The translations under genes and the position numbers were made by a program. From Tubiluchus corallicola (taxonomy: Eukaryota; Animalia; Priapulida), in contig JAQGDQ010002049.1 of assembly GCA_030141605.1 (NCBI GenBank), positions 1 through 16,598 on the forward strand: 16,598 nt of DNA. The letters are read 5' to 3'. The notes under the pieces are model-generated. The model ran no database searches. It was given only the letters and a program-made list of their open reading frames with translations, and was not told the DNA's origin. Numbering within the stretch: the stretch's first letter is position 1; every line of letters starts with the position of its first letter. This document shows positions 1 to 10,735 of this stretch, one piece after another.

Positions 1-524
1 CAGAACTATAAAATCACTAGTCAGTCACAAACCAGCATGGACCCAACAGATGTTAATAATTGTCATATCTATCATTTTGTAACTGGTGCTAGTCTGCGTC
101 TTGTCATGTTTACCGTTTTGTAACTGTACCAGTCTGCGTGTTGACATGTCTACTGTTTTGCAACTGGTGCTAGTCTGCGTGTTGACATGTCTACCGTTTT
201 GTAACTGGTACTAGTCTTCGTGTCTTGTCATGTTTACTGTTTTGTGTAACTGGTACTAGTCTGCATCTTGTCATGTTTACCATTTTGTAACTGGTACTAG
301 TCTGCGTCTTGTCTTGTTTACCATTTTGTAACTGGTACTAGTCTGCGTGTTGACATGTCTACCGTTTTGTAACTGGTGCTAGTCTGCGTCTTGTCTTGTT
401 TACCGTTTTGTAACTGGTACTAGTCTGCATCTTGTCATGTTTACCTATTTTGTAACTGGTACTAGTCTGCGTGCTGACATGTCTACCGTTTTGTAACTGG
501 TACTAGTCTGCGTCTTCCTACTGT
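1..524 (-). repeat. Partial inverted copy of the 41-bp-minisatellite element (~11 units plus unique flanks)
   Basis: 1-65 is the reverse complement of 5761-5825. The units are the reverse complement of the 3757-5765 array. The end, cttcctactgt at 524, matches acagtaggaa at 3745. Confidence 0.93.
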
Positions 525-1068
525 ATTAAATCACAGAGATTATGAGAACATATAAGAATGATTTTACCAAAGATAAGGTCGACCCTTTCTTCATACTGTA
601 TTAGATCACAGATAATAGGCTCCTCTGTCTACATTTATGCATCATAACCTCTTACTTAACTCACAATAGTAGTGTCAATGGTAGAATTAAATCAATATCA
701 GTGATCAGTTCAGTGAAAGTCAAAGAAATAATCAAAATCAGTTCACGTTAATTCTCATAATTCCGTATAAGCATTTGAAAAGGTTCGTGAACATGGCATC
801 TCAAACTAATTACAAATTTATTAGTCAAATGCGAAAGTAACTCACATTTAGAACTGCAGCTCTAGTGTAGATATTTATGGCAAATATTTATCAATAATTT
901 ACAGCTAATGTTTTGCACTAACTGTGATTCACACCTCTCCATTAAATGAACGGACTTGGCGTTGCTTAAATTTAGATGCTCAGCACAGATTGCAACCACT
1001 TTCAAGATTACGCAATGTTTTCATAATACCAAAAAGTGCTAAATTAGTAACTTAAATACGCTACTTAC

Positions 1069-3507
1069 CATCTCTTCGAGGCACAACAGGTGGTGGCGGA
1101 CTCTGAAAATAAAACTGCTTGGTCGGAGATAAATGACGAGGCATTCCGTGCAGGAATTCTGGGGAGATGTCATCCGTATGGCTCTGAGGAGCACGCCGTC
1201 TGCTGGACGCTGGGGTGCCGGCTCGAACTTCGATGCTCGTCACGAATCTTCCCCCGTCAGATTGGATGTTGTACTTGAAGTCGGAAGCGTTTGCCGAGCT
1301 CCGAAATCCTTCTGGCGGCTCGACGGGCGTCGAGGTGCTGAACCCCAGCGAGGACGAGGTCGGACTAAAATTTGGCGGTGGCAACACCGACAGAAGGTCG
1401 TCCATTCCGCTGCTTGCGACGATCGCGTTTGCACCGACGCGCCGAAAAGCTGACGAATCTCCGACCGTTGAGACTATGTTAGGGGATGGCTTCACTCGCA
1501 CAGGTTTCACAGGTTTGTCGTAAACGTGATTACCGGAATGAATGCTCATGTCCGGATCGGTCGCGACCGGGAAGGCGATTTCCGTCGTTTTGCTCGGCTC
1601 AGCGTCGACGTTAGTATCTCTTTCTACCGGTACGAATCTGTTCTTTTCCGCTGCTTTTTCCGCAATTTCTTTGCTGAACCGCGAGCCTCTGTACTTGCCG
1701 GGGTAATTGTACACTGTGTTTCGGTCCGGAGACGAGTCGACGTCGCTGCCACTACTGCTGCTTTGGTTGGTGTTTGTGTTAACAGCGTCGGTTTTGTACG
1801 GAGAACTGGGCAGGCTGTTTCGTTGTTGTTGCTCCTTTAATCGTTTCTCTCTCGCCTGAGCAGCGGCCATGATTGCATCAGCTAGTACTGTGCTATTCGC
1901 CTCTTTCCCGCTGCACGTTCTGAGCACCTCTAATGCCCCTGCGCCATACTCCACCTGCTTCTCCGTAATCTCGCCGTGCACGTGATTTCGGGAATTTTCT
2001 TCCCTGTTTATTCTGTTTCGGTTTTGGACGACATCGTCGCCCTCCGGAGCCCGGGATGTGCTTATCGACCGCTGCCTGCCCTGAACGAAAGCGGGCGTTG
2101 ACGGATCGGGTTTTGAGCTGGATCCGAAAGACTGCGATCGAGACACGGGCACACCACGCATCTTATTAGACTGGTTATAGTTACTCTCGACATCGCTGTT
2201 GTCGTAATCCGGCTTGGGAATGAACACTTCATCATCCCCATTCATATCACTTCTTGGAGGCTTGCGAGGTGAAGCGGGTAGTGGATGAACGTGGTTAACA
2301 GGTGGTGTCGACAGTGGATGAACTTGGTTAACAGGTGGTGTCGATAGTGGATGAACTGGATTAACAGGTGGTGTCGACAGTGGATGAACTGGATTAACAG
2401 GTGGTGTCGACACTGGATGAACTGGATTAACAGGTGGTGTCGACAGCAGATGAGCGTGGTTAACGGGAGCAGTGTCAGCCGTACGCTGAGTGAAATTACG
2501 AGGCAAAGAGTTCGTATAATATCGATCACCCCCCGAAATGTCGAAAGCAATGATGTCGCTGGCAGCGTAGTGGCTGCTTTTAACGTTCTGCACGCCCAGG
2601 TCCCATTCCGCCTCCGAGTCGGAATCTTGTGAATTCTGGGATTTTTTTGAACAAGGAAAGCAGGCTCGGGGTTTTTCGTCCGTAATATAATGCTTATACG
2701 CCGTAGAATTTACATAACCGTCATTGGTGACGAATTTATTTAACTGTCGCTCGGGTGAATTCTTCGGAGTTTTGTCAAGGTCCACAGATGAACAAAGCTC
2801 GTCCATTTCTTTGCTTAGCTCCTCCATTTCGCAACTGATCATTTCTATATCGTCCACCGAACTTTCTTTCAAATGCAAGTCACTCAAGCGATCGGACAGC
2901 GGAGTAATGTCGGAAGAAATGCTGATTGGTCTTTTTCCCTGTTGACGCCGAGATTCTGAAGGCACGCCTGCTTGCTTTGGAAGCCCGGAATTGTGCAGTC
3001 CGGGCTGCTGCGGCGGACGTTTCATGGGTCGAGCGTATTGCACATTGGGATTCCTGGACGGCATTGCAGGAAGGCTCTCCGTCGATTTGTACAAATCACT
3101 AGGACCAACTCTTGAGGATTTTTGAGATTCAACCACCGGACTACTTGCTGTAAAATCGGGGATGGCCACGTTCGCTTCCTGCTGGTCCTTCAAGTTTGGA
3201 GAACTTGCGTACTGCTTGTTATTGTACATTTTCCGGCGTGCGTATCGACTGGGCACGCTCTGCTTCAACTTGTCGACAAATTTAGCAAACGGTGCATTAG
3301 ACTTGGCATTTCCAGTATTTCCACCAGGCGGAGCCGCTTCCTCGCCCTGCCGGTGAAATATGTCTTCCAGTTCCTGAGCAGTGATACGTCGTGCAGCCGG
3401 CCGCGAGCGAATGGAGGCAGTCTTTTTGTCATCGTCCTGCTGCATGGGAGGGATACTTCGAACTGATCCGCTCTGCAACGACTGACGTTGATTTTGTAGA
3501 CTAGCGG
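1069..3507 (-). CDS. SHANK: SHANK large proline/serine-rich exon (813 codons)
   Basis: Extends the 805-aa ORF. Acceptor cttttag at 3508-3510 is in frame with the upstream phase-1 exon. A consensus donor G|GTAAGT at 1068 lies before the ORF-track stop. Contains PPxxF motifs and a C-terminal PPPPVVPRR. Confidence 0.9.
2280..2470. repeat. Coding 33-bp tandem repeat (~5.5 units) encoding LSTPPVNPVHP
   Basis: Unit agtggatgaactggattaacaggtggtgtcgac occurs five times, plus a degenerate copy, inside the large exon. Confidence 0.95.
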
Positions 3508-3589
3508 CTAAAAGAAAAAAGAATTTATCACTAAGACGGATTAATTTTACGCTAACGACCAGAATAGTGTTAGTGAATTAAAAATCCTA

Positions 3590-6071
3590 CAATTAAAAAA
3601 CAGGGAAAAAGAACGAACGGGAACACGGAAAATCACCAGGAACGACTAGTACTAGTGAAGTAATTTTTGGGGGGTTTTTTGTTTATACTACTTATACGTT
3701 GAAAAGATACAAGTACGTAGAGAAAACACAGAAGCATACCAAAGACAGTAGGAAAAGACACAGACTAGTAGCAGTTACAAAATGGTAGACATGACAAGAC
3801 ACAGACTAGTACCAGTTACAAAATGGTAAACATGACAAGACACATGACCAGTAGCAGTTACAAAATGGTAGACATGACAAGACACAGACTAGTACCAGTT
3901 ACAAAATGGTAAACAAGACAAGACACAGACTAGCACCAGTTACAAAATGGTAGACATGACAAAACACAGGCTAGTACCAGTTACAAAATGGTAAACATGA
4001 CAAGACGCAGACTAGTACCAGTTACAAAATGGTAAACAAGACAAGACACAGACTAGTACCAGTTACAAAACGGTAAACATGACAAGACACAGACTAGTAC
4101 CAGTTACAAAATGGTAAACAAGACAAGACACAGACTAGCACCAGTTACAAAATGGTAGACATGGCAAAACGCAGGCTAGTACCAGTTACAAAATGGTAAA
4201 CATGACAAGACGCAGACTAGCACCAGTTACAAAACGGTAGACATGTCAACATGCAGACTAGTACCAGTTACAAAATGGTAGACATGTCAACACGCAGACT
4301 AGTACCAGTTACAAAATGGTAAACATGACAAGACGCAGACTAGTACCAGTTACAAAATGGTAAACAAGACAAGACGCAGACTAGCACCAGTTACAAAACG
4401 GTAGACATGTCAACACGCAGACTAGTACCAGTTACAAAATGGTAGACATGTCAACACGCAGACTAGTACCAGTTACAAAATGGTAAACAAGACAAGACGC
4501 AGACTAGCACCAGTTACAAAACGGTAGACATGTCAACACGCAGACTAGTACCAGTTACAAAATGGTAAACATGACAACACGCAGACTAGTACCAGTTACA
4601 AAATGGTAAACATGACAAGACGCAGACTAGTACCAGTTACAAAATGGTAAACATGACAAGACGCAGACTAGCACCAGTTACAAAACGGTAGACATGTCAA
4701 CACGCAGACTAGTACCAGTTACAAAACGGTAGACATGTCAACATGCAGACTAGTACCAGTTACAAAATGGTAAACAAGACAAGACGCAGACTAGCACCAG
4801 TTACAAAACGGTAGACATGTCAACACGCAGACTAGTACCAGTTACAAAATGGTAAACAAGACAAGACGCAGACTAGCACCAGTTACAAAACAGTAGACAT
4901 GTCAACACGCAGACTAGTACCAGTTACAAAATGGTAAACATGACAAGACGCAGACTAGTACCAGTTACAAAACGGTAAACATGACAAGACGCAGACTAGT
5001 ACCAGTTACAAAACGGTAAACATGACAACACGCAGACTAGTACCAGTTACAAAACGGTAGACATGTCAACACGCAGACTAGTACCAGTTACAAAATGGTA
5101 GACATGACAAGACGCAGACTAGTACCAGTTACAAAATGGTAAACATGACAAGACGCAGACTAGTACCAGTTACAAAATGGTAAACATGACAAGACGCAGA
5201 CTAGCACCAGTTACAAAACGGTAAACATGACAAGACGCAGACTAGTACCAGTTACAAAATGGTAAACATGACAAGATGCAGACTAGTACCAGTTACAAAA
5301 CGGTAAACATGACAAGACGCAGACTAGTACCAGTTACAAAACGGTAGACATGTCAACACGCAGACTAGTACCAGTTACAAAATGGTAAACATGACAAGAT
5401 GCAGACTAGTACCAGTTACAAAACGGTAAACAAGACAAGACGCAGACTAGCACCAGTTACAAAACGGTAGACATGTCAACACGCAGACTAGTACCAGTTA
5501 CAAAATGGTAAACATGACAAGACGCAGACTAGTACCAGTTACAAAATGGTAAACATGACAAGACGCAGACTAGTACCAGTTACAAAACGGTAAACATGAC
5601 AAGACGCAGACTAGTACCAGTTACAAAACGGTAGACATGTCAACACGCAGACTAGCACCAGTTACAAAACGGTAGACATGTCAACACGCAGACTAGTACC
5701 AGTTACAAAACGGTAAACAAGACAAGACGCAGACTAGTACCAGTTACAAAATGGTAAACATGACAATTATTAACATCTGTTGGGTCCATGCTGGTTTGTG
5801 ACTGACTAGTGATTTTATAGTTCTGGATTTCTCCCTTGTGCTTTTATCTGCTGTCCTTCTGTGTTTTCCCTATGTGCTTAAACCCTTTCGGTGTTTATAA
5901 GCTTTTTACGTACGAATGATACAAACAAAAAACTCCCAAAAAATCAGTTCAGTAGTTCTAGTAATTGCTGGTGATTTTTCCATTTTTTTGTCATTTTTTT
6001 CTTGAAGTGAAGAACTATAGTGGCAGCCAGAAACATAGAGCATGTTCTTCTTTTTCCTTGTTTTTTAATTG
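3590..6071. mobile_element. Foldback/MITE-like element with imperfect long terminal inverted repeats and an internal 41-bp minisatellite
   Basis: caattaaaaaacagggaaaaagaac (3590) is inverted at gttcttctttttccttgttttttaattg (ends 6071). 3627-3688 is an imperfect inverse of 5919-5981. No TSD or coding capacity seen. Confidence 0.65.
3757..5765 (+). repeat. 41-bp minisatellite, ~49 units (cagactagtaccagttacaaaatggtaaacatgacaagacg)
   Basis: Head-to-tail units with a few recurring variants and no unique spacers. Confidence 0.97.
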
Positions 6072-6084
6072 CCCTTTCTTTATA

Positions 6085-6730
6085 CGCTCTTCTCTCACTT
6101 ACCGCGGGTGTTTCGTTCCAGGCCCACCCGCAATAAGTGAATTTCCGCAAAGTAGGGACGCTATACTTATTTTAGTAGTTATACATTACTTTAAGTCTTT
6201 ATAAACTCTCCCCACACTCTTATACATAACCCTTTCCCATTCCCTTAATAACTTTTCCCATACTGTACATGTACTTTTTAAAAAACTTTACTTAAATGTT
6301 CATAAAAATGTTCACAATCAGCCAGTCGTGTGTTGTGTACAATCTCACGTCGGCAAGTAGCATCTCAAGCGGGCGCAAGTACTACATTTCGTTTTTGGTG
6401 TGTAGTCATCCGCTGAATAAATACACTATTTACTGGTAATTTTACTGGTAAATGGCAATTTTTTATGATTTATAATATTCTTTTAATGTTAGAATTAATA
6501 TTTTTAATATATTTTTATACATTTTGTGATTTTTTTATGCAAAATTCATGAAATCTATACATTACTGTACAATACGTACTACGCATGTGCAAAAATACTT
6601 TAGACGGAGTACCGCAAAAACCCGCGAAACAGAGATAATACCGCGATAAATATTTTACATTAATATTTTTGAAAACCCGCAAAACAGCGAGTCTGCGATG
6701 AACGAACCGCGAAGTAGTGAGGGAACACTG
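6085..6730. mobile_element. Tigger/pogo-like MITE with degenerate left TIR
   Basis: Right end gaaccgcgaagtagtgagggaacactg|ta. Left end ta|cgctcttctctcacttaccgcgggtgtttcgttcc is a decayed inverse. TA flanks and AT-rich interior. Confidence 0.6.
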
Positions 6731-6904
6731 TACAAAGATTTTATTATTCGTGAGTCAAACAAGAGCAGTAAGAATGTTGAGAAAAAAACACAAGGTAAAG
6801 TAGAAATACCGACAAGAACCATCATCTTCTGCTAAGCAATTTCCATTCAGTTAAAAATGCTATTTTTAGATTAAAAATTAGCAAAACATCATGGAAAAAT
6901 TTAC

Positions 6905-6994
6905 CCATCTCCGACAACTTGCTTGTTATTGAACTTCCGCGAGCTCGACCAACAGAAAGTGAAGTGGAAGGATCGCGCATAGGTGGTCTGGGAC
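6905..6994 (-). CDS. SHANK: SHANK exon, post-PDZ motif (GPRPPMRDPSTSLSVGRARGSSITSKLSEM)
   Basis: 90 nt, phase 1-1. Acceptor ttcacag, donor gtaaat. Resembles the PPxRxPxTxL segment that follows SHANK PDZ domains. Confidence 0.88.
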
Positions 6995-7798
6995 CTGTGA
7001 AAATACAATTAGATAAATATAGTAATTAGTAATTAGTAAATCTGTGTAAAAAAAGAATGAAAAATGTTAACAAATAGATTTGCTTTGAATTTTACGCATC
7101 TTGGATTCTGATTTGTTTACTCTCAACCATAACAGATGCATCCTATATGTTCTTATAATAAATCCGCAGAAAATTGTTTTTGTGTTTTGTTTCTCTCGGA
7201 AGGCTCGTAGAGAAAACCAGAAAACATGTCGTCAAATTAAACTAGTTTATTATGCGAGAATTCTACAACACAAAAGTGTGAAGGAACGCGAAATGTTTAC
7301 AGTAAATGTGACAATCTGGAAACGTGAAAGGGTGAAAGCGTATCTGAGAATACGAGAATACGAGGATACAAGAGAATAAACTCCAGCAGCCAGAAACTTG
7401 TATTACAATTGTAAAAACTCCTATTTTCAAATTCCTGGTAGCAGCCATTTTGCATTGGGTTATTTCTGCTGCCAAGCCCAGATCTTCGCCAGGAAAAGCC
7501 ATATCCTGGATTTAAACATAACTTCAACGTATCCTTGCAATGACCGTAGTAACCAACATTTGTGCGGTTGCTAAGTATTTTGTAAAAATGCGACAAAAAA
7601 CGGAGGCTGACTTTAACAGTTATTTTCTCAAGGTTGTTTTTCAGTGTGCAGCCTGCACCTCAACTTCAACGTGGATTATCTCAGCTTAGAAATAACATAG
7701 AGCGATGAACTTGGTATCAAAATGATCCTCATGAAATGGAGATTCAGGATGTTTGAATAACTAGAAAGGTTAATTGAAGACTTATGGACGATTTTGCT

Positions 7799-7829
7799 CA
7801 GCAAACACACATATGTGTTTGCTGCTAGT
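7799..7829 (+). other. Hairpin followed by CTAG|T, possible Helitron-type 3' terminus
   Basis: cagcaaacaca-cata-tgtgtttgctg is a perfect 11-bp stem followed directly by ctagt. No 5' end identified. Confidence 0.35.
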
Positions 7830-8021
7830 TACAGACCTACAAGACTCTGATGATGGTGTTTATAAATGAAATGAAATCTCAACTGTTCTCATACGTTAAG
7901 CATCATGTTTGACTTTTTGATAAAGTTGAGATTTACCTGACGTGCAAGTACGTCACAAACGATATAAATTTACCCATTATCAACACTGAAAAGATTATTA
8001 TTCACCAGCTAGGCTACATAC

Positions 8022-8169
8022 CGAACTTCCGCTTGAGGGGTAACGTCATGGTTTTTGTATTCTTGTCTAAAGTGACCGTGACGACCTTCAACGCTACCAG
8101 ATCCCCAGAAGCTTGGATCAGCTGTACGACTCTCTCGTGTGACGCCGTGCACACATCTTCGCTATTTAT
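8022..8169 (-). CDS. SHANK: SHANK exon, PDZ end (INSEDVCTASHERVVQLIQASGDLVALKVVTVTLDKNTKTMTLPLKRKF)
   Basis: 148 nt, phase 0-1. Acceptor cgtag, donor gtatgt. PDZ alphaB His (SHERVV) and LKVVTV. Confidence 0.93.
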
Positions 8170-8656
8170 CTACGAGCAAAACACGTTGTTCAAGTTATCG
8201 GAAAGTCTCTTGCAAAAGAAACTTTAAAGCACTCTTCATAAACAAAGCTTACAAATGCCCGTTGAAATTTCACAGCACCTACACACAACACACTGCCTCG
8301 GGTTCTCACATTAGCAGTAATGCCGCATTAAAGTTGTAAATTTAAACTCTCACAATGACCACTAGGTGAAGTGATTTGACGCTAAGTCGTTTGAAACAAG
8401 TTTAGATAACATTGTGTAAAGTTCTAAAAAAAGTAATCAGAGCATTCGTACCGCATTCTTTGCTAACTAAGGAAAAGTTTAAACTGCTTTATCTCGTCAA
8501 TAAGATTAAAAATATTGAAGAGCCTGTATCATTTTACCAGGAAGACACCGGAAAGGTGAGTCAGAGATATTTTATCAGTTGGCGCAAACATTGTAAATTT
8601 CGAATTACAGATGGCGCTGCTTAATAGACTCAATCTGGGATGAAAGTGTTTTGTCC

Positions 8657-8818
8657 CAATTAACCGACTGAATCAATTAACCGATTGAATCTATTAACCG
8701 ATTGAATCTATTAACCGATTGAATCAATTAATCGATTGAATCTATTAACCGATTGAATCTATTAACCGATTGAATCTATTAACCGATTGAATCTATTAAC
8801 CGATTGAATCCATTAACC
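8657..8818 (+). repeat. 17-bp minisatellite (ctattaaccgattgaat) x ~9.5
   Basis: Direct tandem units. One inverted degenerate unit at ~8619-8635 suggests the array sits in a TA-flanked MITE at 8608-8826. Confidence 0.92.
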
Positions 8819-9095
8819 AACAGATGTAGCATATAACTACTATAGAAGTATGAGTCATCACTCATTTATTTAAGATACAATGCAAAGGCTTGAAATGAAT
8901 TTTAGAAACAAGTCTGTCGAAATTCCTATGTGCCGGAGTAAAAGTTGCCAGCGACTTCTGAATTCCGCTTCACACGAACAACGCTCTCCCAAATCGTTTT
9001 CAACAAAACGCAGTCCAGTATCATAAAACTCGAACACGATTACGCGTCGCACTCGTCCCCAATTAAAACAAGCCATTTAAACCGGGAAAACTTAC

Positions 9096-9220
9096 TTCAA
9101 GGATGAAATCTCCAGGTCGGAGACCAGCTTTCCAAGCTATCCCTTCCTTGTCCACGTCATCTAAGTACTGGAGAGCAGGAAATTGTTCGTTTGGGGTAAA
9201 ACTCACGTTTCCTCCCATGC
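9096..9220 (-). CDS. SHANK: SHANK exon, PDZ middle (CMGGNVSFTPNEQFPALQYLDDVDKEGIAWKAGLRPGDFILE)
   Basis: 125 nt, phase 1-0. Acceptor ttttag, donor gtaagt. SHANK-type FTP...FPALQYL and AGLR.GDF motifs. Confidence 0.95.
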
Positions 9221-9704
9221 CTAAAATAAATACACACTTTACATGCAGAAGGAAAACATGTACGAATATTTCATGAATGCAAATGTAATTTTTTTATGGA
9301 TGCATTTTAGTCAGTTTCAAAAGTTATATAATGGCCCACGACTGTTAATAGATAAAAAACTGCATACATTATAAACAATTTTATACACGTATAAAATTGA
9401 TATTATACGCGTTCACGTAAATGAATTACAATCTAGTATAAAATATAATAGCACTGTTTTGTATAAGCACAGTATGTGTTGTATAGACACAATATAAAGT
9501 AGTTATGTTAATAATTAAACACTAGAAGCCGCCGTTACTGTTGTAAGGCCTTTTGGAGTACAGACGTTGATTACAAAATTTCAAAGTGTGGAAGAGTGCA
9601 AGCCGTGTGTAAATGACGTGAAAGAAGACAACGTACTTGGATAAAAATAAATGAATACACGGAAAAAACAATACATGAGAATCTTTTAAGGAGTGTCATT
9701 AAAA

Positions 9705-9922
9705 ACTACTAATAATAACAACGACGACGACGACGACGACAACAACAACAACATTAGCAGCAGCAACAACAACAACGACAACAACATTAGCAGCAGCAAC
9801 TACAACAACGATGACAACAACAGTAGCAGCAACAACAACAACGATGACAACAACAGTAGCAGCAACAGCAGCAACAACAACGACGACAACAATGACAAAG
9901 ACGACAACAGCAACAACAACAA
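9705..9922. repeat. Compound trinucleotide microsatellite (AAC/GAC/AGC)n
   Basis: Visible directly. Intronic, and the source of the spurious poly-N/D ORF. Confidence 0.95.
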
Positions 9923-10047
9923 ACTAAAAAACTGACGGCTGGGCACTGTTCGCAATTACAGCACCTAAATTTGGTGCATCGTTACCTTGAACCAAATATA
10001 AAAAATGCATAAAAAAGTTAAGGTCATTAATTATATGAAGTATTTAC

Positions 10048-10188
10048 ATTTGGCACCGCGAAGCACAAATCCAAAACCCTTGTTCCCCCGCTGCAACACG
10101 ACGGTTCTCACGTGGTTCTTTTCCCGCCCTTTCACTAGCGCAGACAGTTCCTCCTTGTTAAGAACGACCGACTCGTCTTCGTCGGAAC
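10048..10188 (-). CDS. SHANK: SHANK exon, PDZ start (GSDEDESVVLNKEELSALVKGREKNHVRTVVLQRGNKGFGFVLRGAK)
   Basis: 141 nt, phase 1-1. Acceptor ttgcag, donor gtaaat. GFGF carboxylate-binding loop. Confidence 0.93.
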
Positions 10189-10310
10189 CTGCAAAGTACA
10201 AAATGATCAGCCTGGCAACTTTTTACACACAAAACAAGCTGATGTTTGCACAAGCTAATGCTATGTTTTCAGAGCAATATTGATTATTAGTTAAGCTAAT
10301 TAATTAAAGT

Positions 10311-10735
10311 TGTTGGCATCGTTCTGTCTCGGAAGACAATGGAGTGTGCGCCAAGAGAGTCAGTTGTTGATCATATTGATGGAGCTGCAGCGTCGACTGT
10401 GGCTGAGCAATGCGATCCTTGAACGTTTCCAGGGTGCACGCCTGGGCAAGGTGTATGGAGATCCTGAGTTGCCCAGACAACAGGAACCCCCTCTCTTCCT
10501 CCTCGGTGTAGTCCAAAGGAAAGCAGAGCGATACGTTTGGCACCAGGTTGGCTGCAGGAGCTGCCGGAGTCAGTGAGCATGCTGCACTGGTCCGCCTTCG
10601 GGGCTCCACTCCTGATTTGGAAGGTTTACTCCACTACACATGGCCGTTGGGTCGCTTGACCTCCTCCGCCCTCTAGCCGTTGGCTGCTTGTGCAGCTCCT
10701 CCGCCTAGTGTCGAGATACAGTGTGCGCATCCCGC
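10311..10735 (-). mobile_element. Non-autonomous RTE-related SINE-like retroelement, GC-rich, 425 bp, with 12-bp TSD
   Basis: TSD attaattaaagt at 10299-10310 and 10736-10747. The minus-strand 3' end ccattgtcttccgagacagaacgatgccaaca resembles, from memory, AviRTE-like RTE 3' ends. GC-rich island in an AT-rich intron. Confidence 0.75.

Noticed and set aside
517-616. Short imperfect direct repeat (tactgtatta.atcacaga) at 519 and 594
   Set aside because: Two short copies with no TIR, tail or other structure between them; too weak to call an element.
1090-3466. Multiple plus-strand ORFs overlapping the large exon
   Set aside because: They are antisense shadows of a GC-richer coding exon, with no recognisable domains.
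1061-3478. Standalone 805-aa single-exon gene
   Set aside because: It starts at TTG, has an in-frame splice acceptor at 3508 and a consensus donor at 1068. It is an internal SHANK exon, although a donor read-through isoform ending at 1061 cannot be excluded.
3757-5765. CRISPR-like regular array
   Set aside because: The units are contiguous 41-bp repeats with no unique spacers, there are no cas genes, and the context is a eukaryotic intron.
6810-6831. Possible SHANK microexon (ag...gtattt)
   Set aside because: A length of 19 or 22 nt would break the phase 1-1 frame between the flanking exons.
9693-9935. Asn/Asp-rich 80-aa ORF
   Set aside because: It is a translation of an intronic trinucleotide microsatellite.
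10700-10735. HDV-like ribozyme at the 5' end of the 425-bp SINE
   Set aside because: I could fold only a simple hairpin (cgggatgc/gtatctcg); the nested double pseudoknot could not be built.
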